Shown here piece after piece: positions 52,548-62,525 of a stretch of 64,000 nucleotides of DNA. The notes under the pieces were generated by a model. That model was not told the DNA's origin and made no database searches. It was given only the letters and a program-made list of their open reading frames with translations. Numbering within the stretch: the stretch's first letter is position 1; the number at the start of each line of letters is the position of its first letter. Origin of the DNA: Bdellovibrionales bacterium (lineage in GTDB: Bacteria; Bdellovibrionota; UBA1018; JADZFF01); contig JADZFF010000181.1 in NCBI GenBank assembly GCA_020850015.1, forward strand, positions 4,939 through 68,938. The letters run 5' to 3'. Position numbers and translations under genes: made by a program.

Positions 52548-55478
52548 CTATCTGAAGATCAGATCTCCGGAGGAGTCAAAAGTGAACCAGAAGGGATCGC
52601 CGCCCCTCAGATTCTGATCGAACAGCGAGCCCTCCGTTCCCCCTACCATCACCCATTCGCCGTCTTTCGCGCGAATCAGGGAGGTGGGATACTCGTCGGC
52701 CTCCGCGGTCACTCCGCCGGAAACGGCCCCGAGCTGCCGCTCCCAGACGGGATTGAGGTTGGCGTCGACCCTCCCGGCGATGATATCCCAGCTCCCGGCC
52801 GCAGAGGCTTCGCCGAAGTTGCTGTTTTCCCCGTACCCGGCGAAGACATAGGATCCATCGACGCCTTTCCGGAGGAATACGCCGACATCGATCCCCGCGG
52901 AGGCACCGTTGTGCGTGACGGCACCATACTGGAGGATATCGGTGACCGTGCCCAGGCTGGTGAAACGCGCGATCGCCACGTCGAACCCGCCGCCGTTCGC
53001 CTCTCCGAGGGCTCCGTCCGTATCCACCAAAACGGTGGCCCCACCGTCGTCGTCCAATGCGAGCCAGCCGCCGAAATCGTATCCCGCCGCCGCTGCACCC
53101 AGCGTAGCCGTGCCGAGCTGCCTGCCCCAGAGGAGGAAGCCTGACGAGGCGAATTTCGAGAGCGTCAGGTCGGCGCTCCCTCCTAGAGCCTCGTAGTAGT
53201 CCGCGCCCATGACGGTGGCCCCGACGAACAGGTTGCCATCGGAGTCCTCCTCCATCGCCACCGGGAACACGAGCGCCCCGGGCAGCGCCACTCCGATCGT
53301 CGTCAGGCCCCGTTGCCTCACCCAGACCAGATTCCCGGCGTTGTCCCAACGGACCAGGAAGAGATCTTGTCCCCCCGCCAGTGGCTCCGCCAAAGTGCTT
53401 TCCGTACTCCCCACGACGGTGATCTCCCCGGCGGCGTTCACCACCATATCGCCGAAGGACTCCGCTTGCGTGGCATCCACCGGGGCCGACACCGCGCCCA
53501 GCTGACGGATCCACTCCATGACCCCCGTGGCGCGATCGATGCGGGCAACAAAGATGTCCTCGTTCACGCCGCCGTTCGCCTCGCCAAGCGCGCCTCGGGT
53601 CGTTCCTCCGATGATCAGGTCTTGGGATCCGGGCTCCAAGGCGATCGCGTAGGGCCTGTCCTCCTCGAGAGTGCCCGCTCCGAGGGTCTTGCCGAACTGG
53701 CTGATCCAGCCCGGAGTCCCGTTCGGCAGGATCTGATAGATCGCTACGTCCTTGCCTCCGCCGTTCTCGTCGGCGGCATCCAGGGTTGTGGCAATGCCGT
53801 AGAGGTAGCCGTTTTGGTCGCAGATCACGGTGCGGCCGCTGCCGGCCACCGTCTCATCGAACCTCAGGGGATTGCGCGCGCCGAAGTAAAGCCTTCCGAT
53901 CTGAATCTCCCAGGTGGGAATCAGGGACGCGGCCGCCATCTTCGAAAGGATCACATCGCGGGCGCTGCGGCCGAGGGCGGTGTCGCCCGCCATGGGCCCG
54001 CCGAAGCTCCCGAGCGAGGTTCCCGCCCAGTAGACGTTCGAGCCGGTGTGAACCAGGCGACCGGCGGGGATGTCGTCGTACGTGCCGTCGCCGGCAAGGC
54101 TGATGTTTCCGTACTGGAAGCGGCCCATCTCGATGCCCGATACGTCCACCTCCACGCCCATGACGTCGAGTCCCCCGAGATTGTCTTCGTCCCAGGCGCC
54201 TCGGGTGGTCCCCAGGATAAGGATATTCCCCGACGGAGTCTCTGTGATCGCCCGGCCCTCATCATCGTCAATCGAGCCGCCCGAGATCGTGCCGAAATGC
54301 GTTCCGAGGTTCACCGCGCCCGTGGCGGTTGAGAGCGACAGGAAATAGAGATCCCTTCCACCGGCGTTCGTCTCGCTGAAATCGCTCGTGGTAGCTCCGG
54401 TAAGATAGAGCGCGCCCTCGGTCTGCCCCAGGGTAATCGCGCGGGCGTATTCGGCTCCCGTTGCCGTCGGGGCCGTGGTGCCCCCGAGCTGCACGAGCCA
54501 ACTCAATGCTCCAGCCGAAGTGTACTTCGCCACGAAAAGGTCAAGGGAGCCGGCGCTCGTTTCGCCCAGGTCTCCATCGGTATCGCCGAAGACGTAGGAG
54601 TTTCCTGATGAGTCGGTCACCTGCGCGGTGACGATGTCTATGCCGTCGGCCTCCCCCGTGGGCATCGTGGCGGCGCCGATCTGCCGCCGCCAAACCTCCG
54701 CGCCCGTGGCTCCGTTCAGGCGCAGATGGATCACGTCCGCCTGCCCGGTCGGGTTGGGCTCGGCGAAAGCTCCGTAGGTGTACCCGGAGACGTAAACGTT
54801 TCCGAGCGAGTCGAGCCCAATCCCGGTGGCGATCTCGTGGGACGCCGCGCCCGCGCCGCCGGTCACGGCGCCGAAGTGCGTGATCCAGAGCAAGCTGCCG
54901 GTTGTATCCACCGCCGCGACGTAAATGTCCGTGCCGCCCGCGCTCGCTTCCGTGTAGCCGCCCACCACCGAGCCCGCGATATAGGTCGTCCCGGTCGTGG
55001 TGTTCGTGATCGCGGCGCTCACCATGTCGCTTCCATTCGTGTCGCCCACGGCCGCCGAGTTGAGCTGAGTGATCCAGAGCCTGATTCCGTTGGAGTCGAA
55101 CTTGGCGACGTAGGAGTCGTCGCCGGTGGCTCCCCCGCCTCCAAGCGCGCTCTGAGTGGATCCGGCCACGAAGATGTTTTCCGCGGCATCGCGCCCCGCG
55201 AGAAACGCGGACTCGTCCTCGTCCGCGTGAGCGCCCCAGTTGCTGAAGCCGAGCTGCCGCTGCCCCGCGAGCGCGGCGAGCGGGCAGTTGGAATCGACCA
55301 CTGAGCCGTCGGGACTTTCGTCCGATCCGCCGGCTTCACCGCCTGGATTCTTGAATCCGGCCACGCAGGCCCCCAAGACGAAAGAGAGCGCGAGCAAAGC
55401 TCCCAGGGCCGTAGCCTTGAGGCCGAGCGCGGAATCGCCTCGGGAAGATTGGCCCCTCAAAGGGAATAGCCCCCTCAT
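52548..55478 (-). CDS. large lipoprotein built of about 14 SBBP-type beta-propeller repeats
   Basis: Lipobox LSFVLGAC. About 14 repeats of roughly 60-65 aa follow the pattern GGxDxFVAKxxxxGxxxWxxQxG (for example GSLDLFVAKYTSAGALSWLVQLG and GGQDLFLVRWDNAGNLVWVRQRG). Confidence 0.8.
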   Translation of the reverse strand: MRGLFPLRGQSSRGDSALGLKATALGALLALSFVLGACVAGFKNPGGEAGGSDESPDGSVVDSNCPLAALAGQRQLGFSNWGAHADEDESAFLAGRDAAENIFVAGSTQSALGGGGATGDDSYVAKFDSNGIRLWITQLNSAAVGDTNGSDMVSAAITNTTTGTTYIAGSVVGGYTEASAGGTDIYVAAVDTTGSLLWITHFGAVTGGAGAASHEIATGIGLDSLGNVYVSGYTYGAFAEPNPTGQADVIHLRLNGATGAEVWRRQIGAATMPTGEADGIDIVTAQVTDSSGNSYVFGDTDGDLGETSAGSLDLFVAKYTSAGALSWLVQLGGTTAPTATGAEYARAITLGQTEGALYLTGATTSDFSETNAGGRDLYFLSLSTATGAVNLGTHFGTISGGSIDDDEGRAITETPSGNILILGTTRGAWDEDNLGGLDVMGVEVDVSGIEMGRFQYGNISLAGDGTYDDIPAGRLVHTGSNVYWAGTSLGSFGGPMAGDTALGRSARDVILSKMAAASLIPTWEIQIGRLYFGARNPLRFDETVAGSGRTVICDQNGYLYGIATTLDAADENGGGKDVAIYQILPNGTPGWISQFGKTLGAGTLEEDRPYAIALEPGSQDLIIGGTTRGALGEANGGVNEDIFVARIDRATGVMEWIRQLGAVSAPVDATQAESFGDMVVNAAGEITVVGSTESTLAEPLAGGQDLFLVRWDNAGNLVWVRQRGLTTIGVALPGALVFPVAMEEDSDGNLFVGATVMGADYYEALGGSADLTLSKFASSGFLLWGRQLGTATLGAAAAGYDFGGWLALDDDGGATVLVDTDGALGEANGGGFDVAIARFTSLGTVTDILQYGAVTHNGASAGIDVGVFLRKGVDGSYVFAGYGENSNFGEASAAGSWDIIAGRVDANLNPVWERQLGAVSGGVTAEADEYPTSLIRAKDGEWVMVGGTEGSLFDQNLRGGDPFWFTFDSSGDLIFR

Positions 55479-55484
55479 TCCTAT

Positions 55485-55513
55485 AGGATATAGTTCCTGA
55501 CTAAAATATTCAA
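55485..55513 (-). promoter_or_regulatory. candidate sigma70-type promoter abutting the SBBP lipoprotein start codon
   Basis: On the minus strand: TTGAAT (55513-55508), 17-nt spacer, TATCCT (55490-55485), 6 nt, then ATG (55478). Confidence 0.3.
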
Positions 55514-55616
55514 GTTTAGTGCGATAAAACTATAAGTAATTACCTGGGGTTATAACGGCAAATGGAGGTCTGTTTGCCTCCCCGAACCAAAGCACAGAAG
55601 GCTTTGAGTCCGGACT

Positions 55617-55645
55617 TTGACATACCCTCCAGGCTCCGGTATCGC
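55617..55645 (+). promoter_or_regulatory. candidate sigma70-type promoter for the L,D-transpeptidase gene
   Basis: TTGACA (55617-55622), 17-nt spacer, TATCGC (55640-55645). About 45 nt upstream of ATG 55690, in an AT-richer gap. Confidence 0.3.
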
Positions 55646-55689
55646 CGCATTGCGTTAGATTAATTCCACGGGGCTGAAAGGGTGCGCTA

Positions 55690-56490
55690 ATGACTATTTT
55701 TACTAACCAAATCAAAGCGTTACGCGCTGTAATTGGGGCGATCCTGGTGTTCCTCCCTGCGCTTGGCTCGGCCGGCGACCAGATCCAACTCGACGACCTG
55801 CTCACGCCGGACGAGCTCCTCCAGGAACTCGATGCCCCTTCCAACGCCCAGGTAGCTCCCCCGGAGGAGCCCTTCCGCGAAGAGACCCAGATCTCTCCTC
55901 ACGCCGCCACTCCGGATGGGACCTTCATCGATCCGAGTCTGGCGGAGCCCACGGAAGACGTGCTTTCGATCCTGGACTCGCCTGAGGCCGCGCGCTTCCC
56001 GGTGGTGCTGAGCGTGAACACCGCAGCGAGCGGCCGCACGGCGCAAGTTCTCTACGCCTTCGTGGGTGGCCGCGAGCACATGCGCGTGATGGTCTCCACG
56101 GGGCGCGAGCAGTGGGAGGTCTCGGCGAGCGGCCGGCGCTACTTCACGTCCACCGCGCGCGCGGGCCTCTATCAGCCCACCCGCGTCGTTCAGCGGCATT
56201 ACTCCAAAACCTGGAAAACCTGGCTGAAGTGGATGGTGTTTTTCAACGGCGGCGTGGGACTGCACGCCACCTCCTTTGATCACTACGACGAGCTCGGTCG
56301 ACGCGCCTCAGGCGGCTGCGTTCGGCAGCGCGAAGAGCACGCGGCTGAGCTTTTCCGCATCGTCACCGAAGCCGGGAACGGGCTTGTGCCGCGCCTGCGC
56401 AACCTCGCCTTCTCCTACCAGGCCAACGGAGAGCCGAAGCTCCAGCAGGGGCCAAGAACCCTGATTCAGGTCCGTCGACTGGAAGACTGA
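55690..56490 (+). CDS. L,D-transpeptidase (YkuD) domain protein, secreted
   Basis: Signal peptide, then the catalytic motif GLHATSFDHYDELGRRASGGCVRQ (H...SxGC[VI]R). Confidence 0.75.
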   Translation: MTIFTNQIKALRAVIGAILVFLPALGSAGDQIQLDDLLTPDELLQELDAPSNAQVAPPEEPFREETQISPHAATPDGTFIDPSLAEPTEDVLSILDSPEAARFPVVLSVNTAASGRTAQVLYAFVGGREHMRVMVSTGREQWEVSASGRRYFTSTARAGLYQPTRVVQRHYSKTWKTWLKWMVFFNGGVGLHATSFDHYDELGRRASGGCVRQREEHAAELFRIVTEAGNGLVPRLRNLAFSYQANGEPKLQQGPRTLIQVRRLED

Positions 56491-56568
56491 TCCGGCGCAC
56501 TCAGCTCGGCATGATGCGCGAGCGCAACTCTCACGGCGCTCTTCGCTGACCAGCCGGGGTAAGCTAAT

Positions 56569-56991
56569 TCAGGCCGGAGCGTGGGCGTCCGATAGCGCCC
56601 GAATCTTCTGAAGCAGCTCTTCCATGGAGTAAGGTTTCACGAAGGCGTGCTGAACCATCGGGCCGATTTCCTCAAGTACGCCGCGATTGAGGTGCCCGCT
56701 CGTGAGCACCACGGGCGTAGCGTGATTGAGGTTCGTGCTCGCGGCGCGCATCGACTGAACCACCTGGTCGCCGGTGCCTCGCTCCAGGTTGAGATCCAGC
56801 ACCACGCAGCAGAAGGACTGGTTGCGAAGCTTCACGGTGGCGTCCAACGCCGTGGCGGCGTGGATCACCCCGAAGCCCTCTTCTTCCAGGATCGTGCGAA
56901 GATTTTCGGCCAAGGCCTTCTCGTCCTCCACAACGAGAATTGAGCGCTTGGCCGTGGAGGGTACATGCCGGATTGGGGTTTTTGTGCTCAT
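56569..56991 (-). CDS. single-domain (CheY-like) response regulator
   Basis: ILVVEDE, CVVLDLNL (phospho-Asp), LTSGH and KPY. Confidence 0.85.
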   Translation of the reverse strand: MSTKTPIRHVPSTAKRSILVVEDEKALAENLRTILEEEGFGVIHAATALDATVKLRNQSFCCVVLDLNLERGTGDQVVQSMRAASTNLNHATPVVLTSGHLNRGVLEEIGPMVQHAFVKPYSMEELLQKIRALSDAHAPA

Positions 56992-57123
56992 ATCTATTTG
57001 TTATTTAACAGTTTATTTCTAATTCCAATCTTATCAAATCCAGGGAGTCGATTGCTTTAGATTATATCAAAGAACCCCAACCTCCCAAGTGGAACGTATT
57101 GTGAAGAAAGGGGGGGCCAATAG

Positions 57124-58623
57124 GTGAACTACGCATTTGCTGTTTCTAAGGTCCTCCAGGCCGCGGATCTGGGCGGGCGTATGCTCGCCGCCACTGTGCC
57201 GGTGTTGCTCCCTCCCCTGGTTTCTTGGGAGGCGCATACGCAGGCCGCAGCGCTCGAAGCTGGGGTGGAAGCCTTTCAACATGCGCCCCAGGAGGAGGCG
57301 GATTTCGGGACGACACCCCGATTGCTCGCGGAACTGAGCCTGGGCCTGCGCGAAGGAGAGATCGCCCGCTGGACGCCTGCCCGTCGGGTTGACACCGCGT
57401 CCGCGAACGGTGGGATGGATTATGTGGATAGACGAGGGGAAGCGTCCGCGCCCTGGAGCGGTAATTCCTACCAGGCCAGCTCCTTCGATTTCTCCGGCTC
57501 CGCTCGGCGGGAGAGCGGGGCCTCCCATCCGGTCGAAGCGGGCGAACCGTCGAAGGCCTCGAGGGCAACAGCGCCTCAACCACTCTTCCCGAGCGCGAAG
57601 GCAGCCCCGGTCGCCCAGGGTAGTGCCCTGGAACCTGATCTGGGATCCACAGCCGATGATAGTGAAGCCGCTGCACCCCAAACTTTCTCCGATCTCCTCG
57701 TGACGAGCAGAAACGAACCCATCACTTTCTTTGCTTCCACGGATCTCCTCGGCAACGATGTCGCCGGCGGGCCCCTTTCGCTCGTTTCCGTCGACACGAA
57801 TTCTGTCGCCATGCCCGCGGGTACGATCACGCCCGTGACCTCGGATCAGTTCACTTACTCGCCGGGCGCAGGCTTCGTGGGCACTGACTCTTTTGCCTAT
57901 CGCGTTTCGTCGCTGGGCAAGGAGGCCGTCGGAACGGTGTCGGTGACGGTGTCGCCCAAGACTCCGCCGGCGGCGGAAGAGGTGAAATCGGGCACCGCAA
58001 CAGCTTCAGCCACCGTAGCCACGAGCTCCTCGCTCACCGCCGCATCCGGGCAGACCTACGTGGCCTTTGTGTCCCATCACGACGACGCGATCTCCGTCAC
58101 GTCGGTCTCGGGGCTCGGACTGACTTGGACGCTGATCGAGCGTCAATGCACCACGCAGAACAACGGAAGCATCGAGGCTTGGAGCGCCGCGGGTACATCT
58201 CCTTCTTCGACCACCGTGACGGCCAACCTCTCCGGGCCTGCAAGCTCAGCCCAGATCGCGGTCGTGAGGCTTTCGGGCGCCCCCATCGTCGGTGCAATCG
58301 GCGCAACGTCACGGGCCAACGCGAACGGTGGCTCAGGCGCCTGCGGGGCGGGCCCGAGCTCAAAGCTCCCCGCCTCCGACATCGTTCTCTCGTCGCAGGA
58401 CTCGCGAATTCTGAGCGCGGTGACCTTCTTCTTGGCGTCGAATTCCCACTCTCCGGATCAGGGCTCGGAGATCGCCGAGCTGGGATCGGGCTCCAACCCC
58501 AACGCCACCTGGCTCGCGGTGGTCTCGAACTCGAGCCCCTCCGACGGCTCCCTGCCGCTTTCCTCCACCCTGGCCGCCGCGGGAAGGTGGGCCACGATCA
58601 GCCTCGAGGTCAGGGCTGATTGA
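57124..58623 (+). CDS. hypothetical protein with cadherin/Ig-like (VCBS-type) module
   Basis: DLLGNDVAGGPLSLVSVD...TYSPGAGFVGTDSFAYRV is the cadherin-like/VCBS signature. GTG start after a G7 run. No clear signal peptide. The C-terminal ~200 aa are unassigned and beta-rich. Confidence 0.55.
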   Translation: MNYAFAVSKVLQAADLGGRMLAATVPVLLPPLVSWEAHTQAAALEAGVEAFQHAPQEEADFGTTPRLLAELSLGLREGEIARWTPARRVDTASANGGMDYVDRRGEASAPWSGNSYQASSFDFSGSARRESGASHPVEAGEPSKASRATAPQPLFPSAKAAPVAQGSALEPDLGSTADDSEAAAPQTFSDLLVTSRNEPITFFASTDLLGNDVAGGPLSLVSVDTNSVAMPAGTITPVTSDQFTYSPGAGFVGTDSFAYRVSSLGKEAVGTVSVTVSPKTPPAAEEVKSGTATASATVATSSSLTAASGQTYVAFVSHHDDAISVTSVSGLGLTWTLIERQCTTQNNGSIEAWSAAGTSPSSTTVTANLSGPASSAQIAVVRLSGAPIVGAIGATSRANANGGSGACGAGPSSKLPASDIVLSSQDSRILSAVTFFLASNSHSPDQGSEIAELGSGSNPNATWLAVVSNSSPSDGSLPLSSTLAAAGRWATISLEVRAD

Positions 58624-60352
58624 GGCCGCCCGACCCGGGTTTTCCCGTGCGCGTGTCCTGCCGCTTGGGAAGGCGGATCGCGAAGTGCGTCTCGCCCGGG
58701 CACGACTCCAGGGAGATCGTTCCTCCGTGAGCCTCCACCACGCCTTTTGTCACGCTCAGGCCCAGGCCGGTTCCCTTTCCCACGGCTTTGGTGGTGAAAA
58801 AGGGCATGAAAATCCTGGTCTGGTTCGCCTTGGGGATGCCTGGCCCATTGTCCTTCACGTGAAGGGTGACGGTGTCGGCCTCTTCTGTCACGTCGATCCA
58901 GATCTTGCCGCCCTCGTTTTCCGCCACCGCGTCCGCGGCGTTGGTCACGAGATTTGAAATCACCTGGGAGAGCTGCACCTCGCGGGCCTGAATGAAGAGG
59001 TCCGGCGAGATCTCCCCGATCACGGCCTCAGCACGCGATTTTCTGAGCCTGGGATTGCAAAGCAACACACTCTGCTCCACGAGCGTGCGGACGCTGAACT
59101 CGTCGAAGGGATCGTTGCGGCCATCCCGGGCATAGGTGAGCACGGACGAGGTGATCTTGGAGACTCGGGTTACCATTCCAAGCACGCGCTCCACCATGCC
59201 CTTCACGAAGCCCACGTCGATCGCGTCGCCCTGGCGTTTGATCTTGAAGTCGATCAGCTCCACGGACGACCTGATCACGGCCATGGGGTTGTTGATCTCG
59301 TGCACCACCTCGCTCGCCATCTCGCCGATGTCCCTCAGACGGGCCGACTCAACGGCGTGGCCCCGTTGCTTGTCGAGCTGCACGCGCGTCTCCACTTGAT
59401 CCGAGACGTCTGCGAAGGAGAGCAGGGTGGAGAACGGGCTCGCCCCAGCGGCCTCCACCACCGGCTGGGAGTTCAGCGAGAGCCAACGCTGCCCCAAGGT
59501 CGGGCTCAGGAAACCGATGAGGAACTGGCTCACGGCCTGCCCGCTTTCCACGAGGGCCGCGATCACCCGGTCTCCGTTCTCGTAGGGCACCCCATTTTCG
59601 CGATAGAGGGTGGGAAAGATCTCGGAGATTTTTTTCCCGACAAGGCCACGCGCCCCCTGCCCCAGAATCTGGCCTGCGCTTTGGTTGCAGGAAAGGATCT
59701 GGCCGTCGGCTCTGCAATAGAGCACGCCCTCCTTGAGGGAGGAAAACAGGAGGCTGTGGAGCTTCTCGCTACGGCGGAGCTGCTGCTCGGCCTGGCGCTT
59801 TCTTCCCAAGAACAGATTGTAGAGGAAGAGGCTCACGAGGAAGCTCAGAGCCACCACGACCTGACTCAAAGTGCGAAGGCTGCCGAGATCGTCCACGTAG
59901 ATATCCTGAAACAGGAGGGAGCGCTCGCGAGCCGCGGATGCCAGGCCGCGGCCCACCTGCGAAGCCCGGCCTGAGAAATCGATCACGCGGCCCTTCCTGA
60001 CCAGGGCATCCGGAGCGCCCGATCCAAGCGCAATGGCCTCGGTCAGAAGTGCGCTCGCTTCGGCCAGCAGTGCCTCGGGCAACCCGGCCGCCCCGAGGCG
60101 CTTGGACTGGTCTCGTAGGAGCTGTGTGGCGGCCTCCCTCAGCTTGGGCTCGTTCACGAGCAGTCCAAGATGGAGCAGGGCCACGCTTTCCTGAAGGAGA
60201 GCCGACTCGCGGGTGAGCGCCATGGACTCGCCGCTGAGGCGCAGGCCCTCAATGGCGCGGTCGGCGCGCGGCTCCATGGAGAAAGAAAGCCAAACCAGGA
60301 GGCCGGAGACCAAGAGGCCAAAGTAATGGAGTGACTCGAAAATGCGGTTCAA
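58610..60352 (-). CDS. PAS-domain sensor histidine kinase
   Basis: Two TM segments flank a helical sensor region. PAS region ([22 protein letters not shown]), H-box [15 protein letters not shown], and VTNAADA, DNGPGI and GTGLGLS boxes. Confidence 0.85.
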   Translation of the reverse strand: MNRIFESLHYFGLLVSGLLVWLSFSMEPRADRAIEGLRLSGESMALTRESALLQESVALLHLGLLVNEPKLREAATQLLRDQSKRLGAAGLPEALLAEASALLTEAIALGSGAPDALVRKGRVIDFSGRASQVGRGLASAARERSLLFQDIYVDDLGSLRTLSQVVVALSFLVSLFLYNLFLGRKRQAEQQLRRSEKLHSLLFSSLKEGVLYCRADGQILSCNQSAGQILGQGARGLVGKKISEIFPTLYRENGVPYENGDRVIAALVESGQAVSQFLIGFLSPTLGQRWLSLNSQPVVEAAGASPFSTLLSFADVSDQVETRVQLDKQRGHAVESARLRDIGEMASEVVHEINNPMAVIRSSVELIDFKIKRQGDAIDVGFVKGMVERVLGMVTRVSKITSSVLTYARDGRNDPFDEFSVRTLVEQSVLLCNPRLRKSRAEAVIGEISPDLFIQAREVQLSQVISNLVTNAADAVAENEGGKIWIDVTEEADTVTLHVKDNGPGIPKANQTRIFMPFFTTKAVGKGTGLGLSVTKGVVEAHGGTISLESCPGETHFAIRLPKRQDTRTGKPGSGGLNQP

Positions 60353-60485
60353 CGCCCGGCGCTCCCCCTCGCGTCTGGATCGGATTTCGGCATCGCGGGC
60401 TTGAGGTAGGAATCACATTGCCCGACCTGGCTTGCTGCGTTGTGTCGCATCTCGAGCCCCCCCCTCTCGAGGGCCATGGTGCGAT

Positions 60486-60935
60486 CTATCTCGGTGGATA
60501 GAACGCGGTGCTGGATTGAACAAGCAAACGCAGCGCCTGGCGAAAATCATTCAGCCGACCTAAGTGCTCCCGGCTTTCGCAGAGCACACGACGTTTACCC
60601 GCCGCCTGCAGAACCCACCGCAGGTCGTGGGTCAGGCATGTGGTCTCTGAGGGCCATGTCTCCAGATCAAAGGACGTCGCCCCCCAGGCCTTGAGGAGCT
60701 CCTCGCGGACCTTGGGGCCAAATGTGCCGTTGGCCCGCGTTTTTTGGCCGGCTTGATCGAACTCGTAACTGACCTCGACGCCGTCTTGGATGAGCCGCAC
60801 GGTCATATGATGTGATTCGCTTCGACGATGGACCTCGAGATCCAGGCGAAGCTCACGATCGACTCCGCCGGCATCCGCGGAGGTTACAAAGAAAGCCGCA
60901 CCAAGGGCTACGCCGACTCCTAGAATCCTCGGCAC
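60486..60935 (-). CDS. hypothetical small secreted protein
   Basis: Signal peptide ILGVGVALGAAFFVTSADA. The start overlaps the stop of the upstream metallopeptidase-like gene by 16 nt. No family recognised. Confidence 0.5.
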   Translation of the reverse strand: MPRILGVGVALGAAFFVTSADAGGVDRELRLDLEVHRRSESHHMTVRLIQDGVEVSYEFDQAGQKTRANGTFGPKVREELLKAWGATSFDLETWPSETTCLTHDLRWVLQAAGKRRVLCESREHLGRLNDFRQALRLLVQSSTAFYPPR

Positions 60936-62422
60936 GTGGCTCCTCCGTCACGGGTCGCCGGAGCCCTAGCGGCGGGACAGCCTACGGCCGCGCGAAAGGC
61001 CGCGCTCCCCATCAGGAGTCGGTTAACCCGCGTGTGCCCGCGCGCGTAGCGGTCCCTGGTTGCATAGGATCCGCTTCCGGCCTCGCAGTTCGGCGCGCTT
61101 CCCGATCCGTCCGCGGCCGCGATGGACGCGAGTGCGTCCAACTGGCCCTGGGCGTCCAGAGCCCCAGCTGCGGTGTCCTGCGAGAGGATCCGGGCGACAA
61201 CCTCCGCACCCATGAAATCCGAAAAACTTTCGGGAAGCTGGCTCTGGTGATGGGTGTGGTCGCCGTGAATGGCACAACTGGGCGTCCGGTCGAACCGGGT
61301 CAGGCACGCCGTAATCTGGTCCTCGGAGGGAATCAGTGCGGTCGAGGCTTCGCCGTCCTCAGGGGGCGGTCTGAAAACATCACCGCTTCTCTCGAGTTCT
61401 TGGATGCAGAGCAGCCGCCGTTCGCTGGCTGGAACCTCGTTGCAGCGGATGATGGCCCTCGTGCAGGCCCGAGCACCGGCGCCCCCCCGCAGGCACCGAG
61501 CGAGCCCGGGGAACACGCGGTCCGCCTGGTGTGGTGCGCCCGTGTCGGGCGCGGCGCGCAAGGCATCCTGTTCGAGGTTGCAGGGGTCGATGGAGTGGGA
61601 CAGTTCGTGGGCGAGGATCCACATGACGGAGTAGGGGTTCATCCGCTCCAGATTGGCCATCGTGCCGATGCAAACCTCGATCGCAGCATGTCCACCTGCC
61701 GGATAGTTGTAGGCACCGACGGGCAGGCGGGCGGAGTCGCTGAGCCCTGTGTCGCTGCAGTAGAGCCGGGCATCCAGATCCAGCACGGTGCTGTTGATGC
61801 GGTCGACAAGTCCCTGCTTGTGGGCCTGGGGAATACGGGTGGAGGCCTGGATCATCGCGACATACTGGTCTCGAACTCGATTGAACATTTGCGTAACACG
61901 CGTTCTGCGGCTGGAAGTATAAACGGCGTCGTGCTCGGCCCTGGAGAACTCCTCGCGGCGACTGACCATTGCGGCACGGCAGACATCCGAAGTCGGGTTG
62001 GACACGCAGAGGCTTTTTTGGTCGCCGAGCGTCCGAAGCGCAGCTTCTCTCGCCGCACAAGACGCCGCCACCGCCTCAGGTGTCGCGGCGAATTCGTCCA
62101 GGTTGTAGTTGGAAAGCCGGCACTCGGAATCGATGACCCGACCCCCGTTGCGGCACACGAATCCTCCGGGATCGGCGCAGACGCTGCGTCGAAGGTCGGT
62201 GGTGCCTGTGACCGAGGCATCGGTAGAACAAGTCCCAGCAGCTTGGAGGGCTCTAAGTGCGGCGGCCGTAGAGGTGGCTCCACTGGCGGCCCGCATCTGG
62301 TCGCATGCGTCCACAGCCTGATACGCCGGCGTGGCGCGGAGCGAGTCTCCGCAGGCCCCATGGGCGCTCGAAGCCTGCACCACGAAGATCAGACCTGCTG
62401 TGAACCACCCCAAAAACCCCAC
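60920..62422 (-). CDS. secreted Cys-rich zinc metallopeptidase-like protein (HExxH + ExxxD), paralogue of 49420..50433
   Basis: ILAHELSHSIDPC (codons at about 61595-61609) and downstream LPESFSDFMGAEV. GTG 62422 gives the signal peptide GFLGWFTAGLIFVVQASSAHG. The track ORF extends to ATG 62536, but that stretch is a decayed tumA-like gene fragment. Confidence 0.6.
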   Translation of the reverse strand: MGFLGWFTAGLIFVVQASSAHGACGDSLRATPAYQAVDACDQMRAASGATSTAAALRALQAAGTCSTDASVTGTTDLRRSVCADPGGFVCRNGGRVIDSECRLSNYNLDEFAATPEAVAASCAAREAALRTLGDQKSLCVSNPTSDVCRAAMVSRREEFSRAEHDAVYTSSRRTRVTQMFNRVRDQYVAMIQASTRIPQAHKQGLVDRINSTVLDLDARLYCSDTGLSDSARLPVGAYNYPAGGHAAIEVCIGTMANLERMNPYSVMWILAHELSHSIDPCNLEQDALRAAPDTGAPHQADRVFPGLARCLRGGAGARACTRAIIRCNEVPASERRLLCIQELERSGDVFRPPPEDGEASTALIPSEDQITACLTRFDRTPSCAIHGDHTHHQSQLPESFSDFMGAEVVARILSQDTAAGALDAQGQLDALASIAAADGSGSAPNCEAGSGSYATRDRYARGHTRVNRLLMGSAAFRAAVGCPAARAPATRDGGATCRGF

Positions 62423-62525
62423 ATTTTCATTATCGATTTTTTGAGCAGGGCGGTCAATGACGGGCAACCCATGGGTATTGTTGGAAAGCCTAAGCCCCAG
62501 AAGCCAGAGGCTTCTCCTGTTCCCG

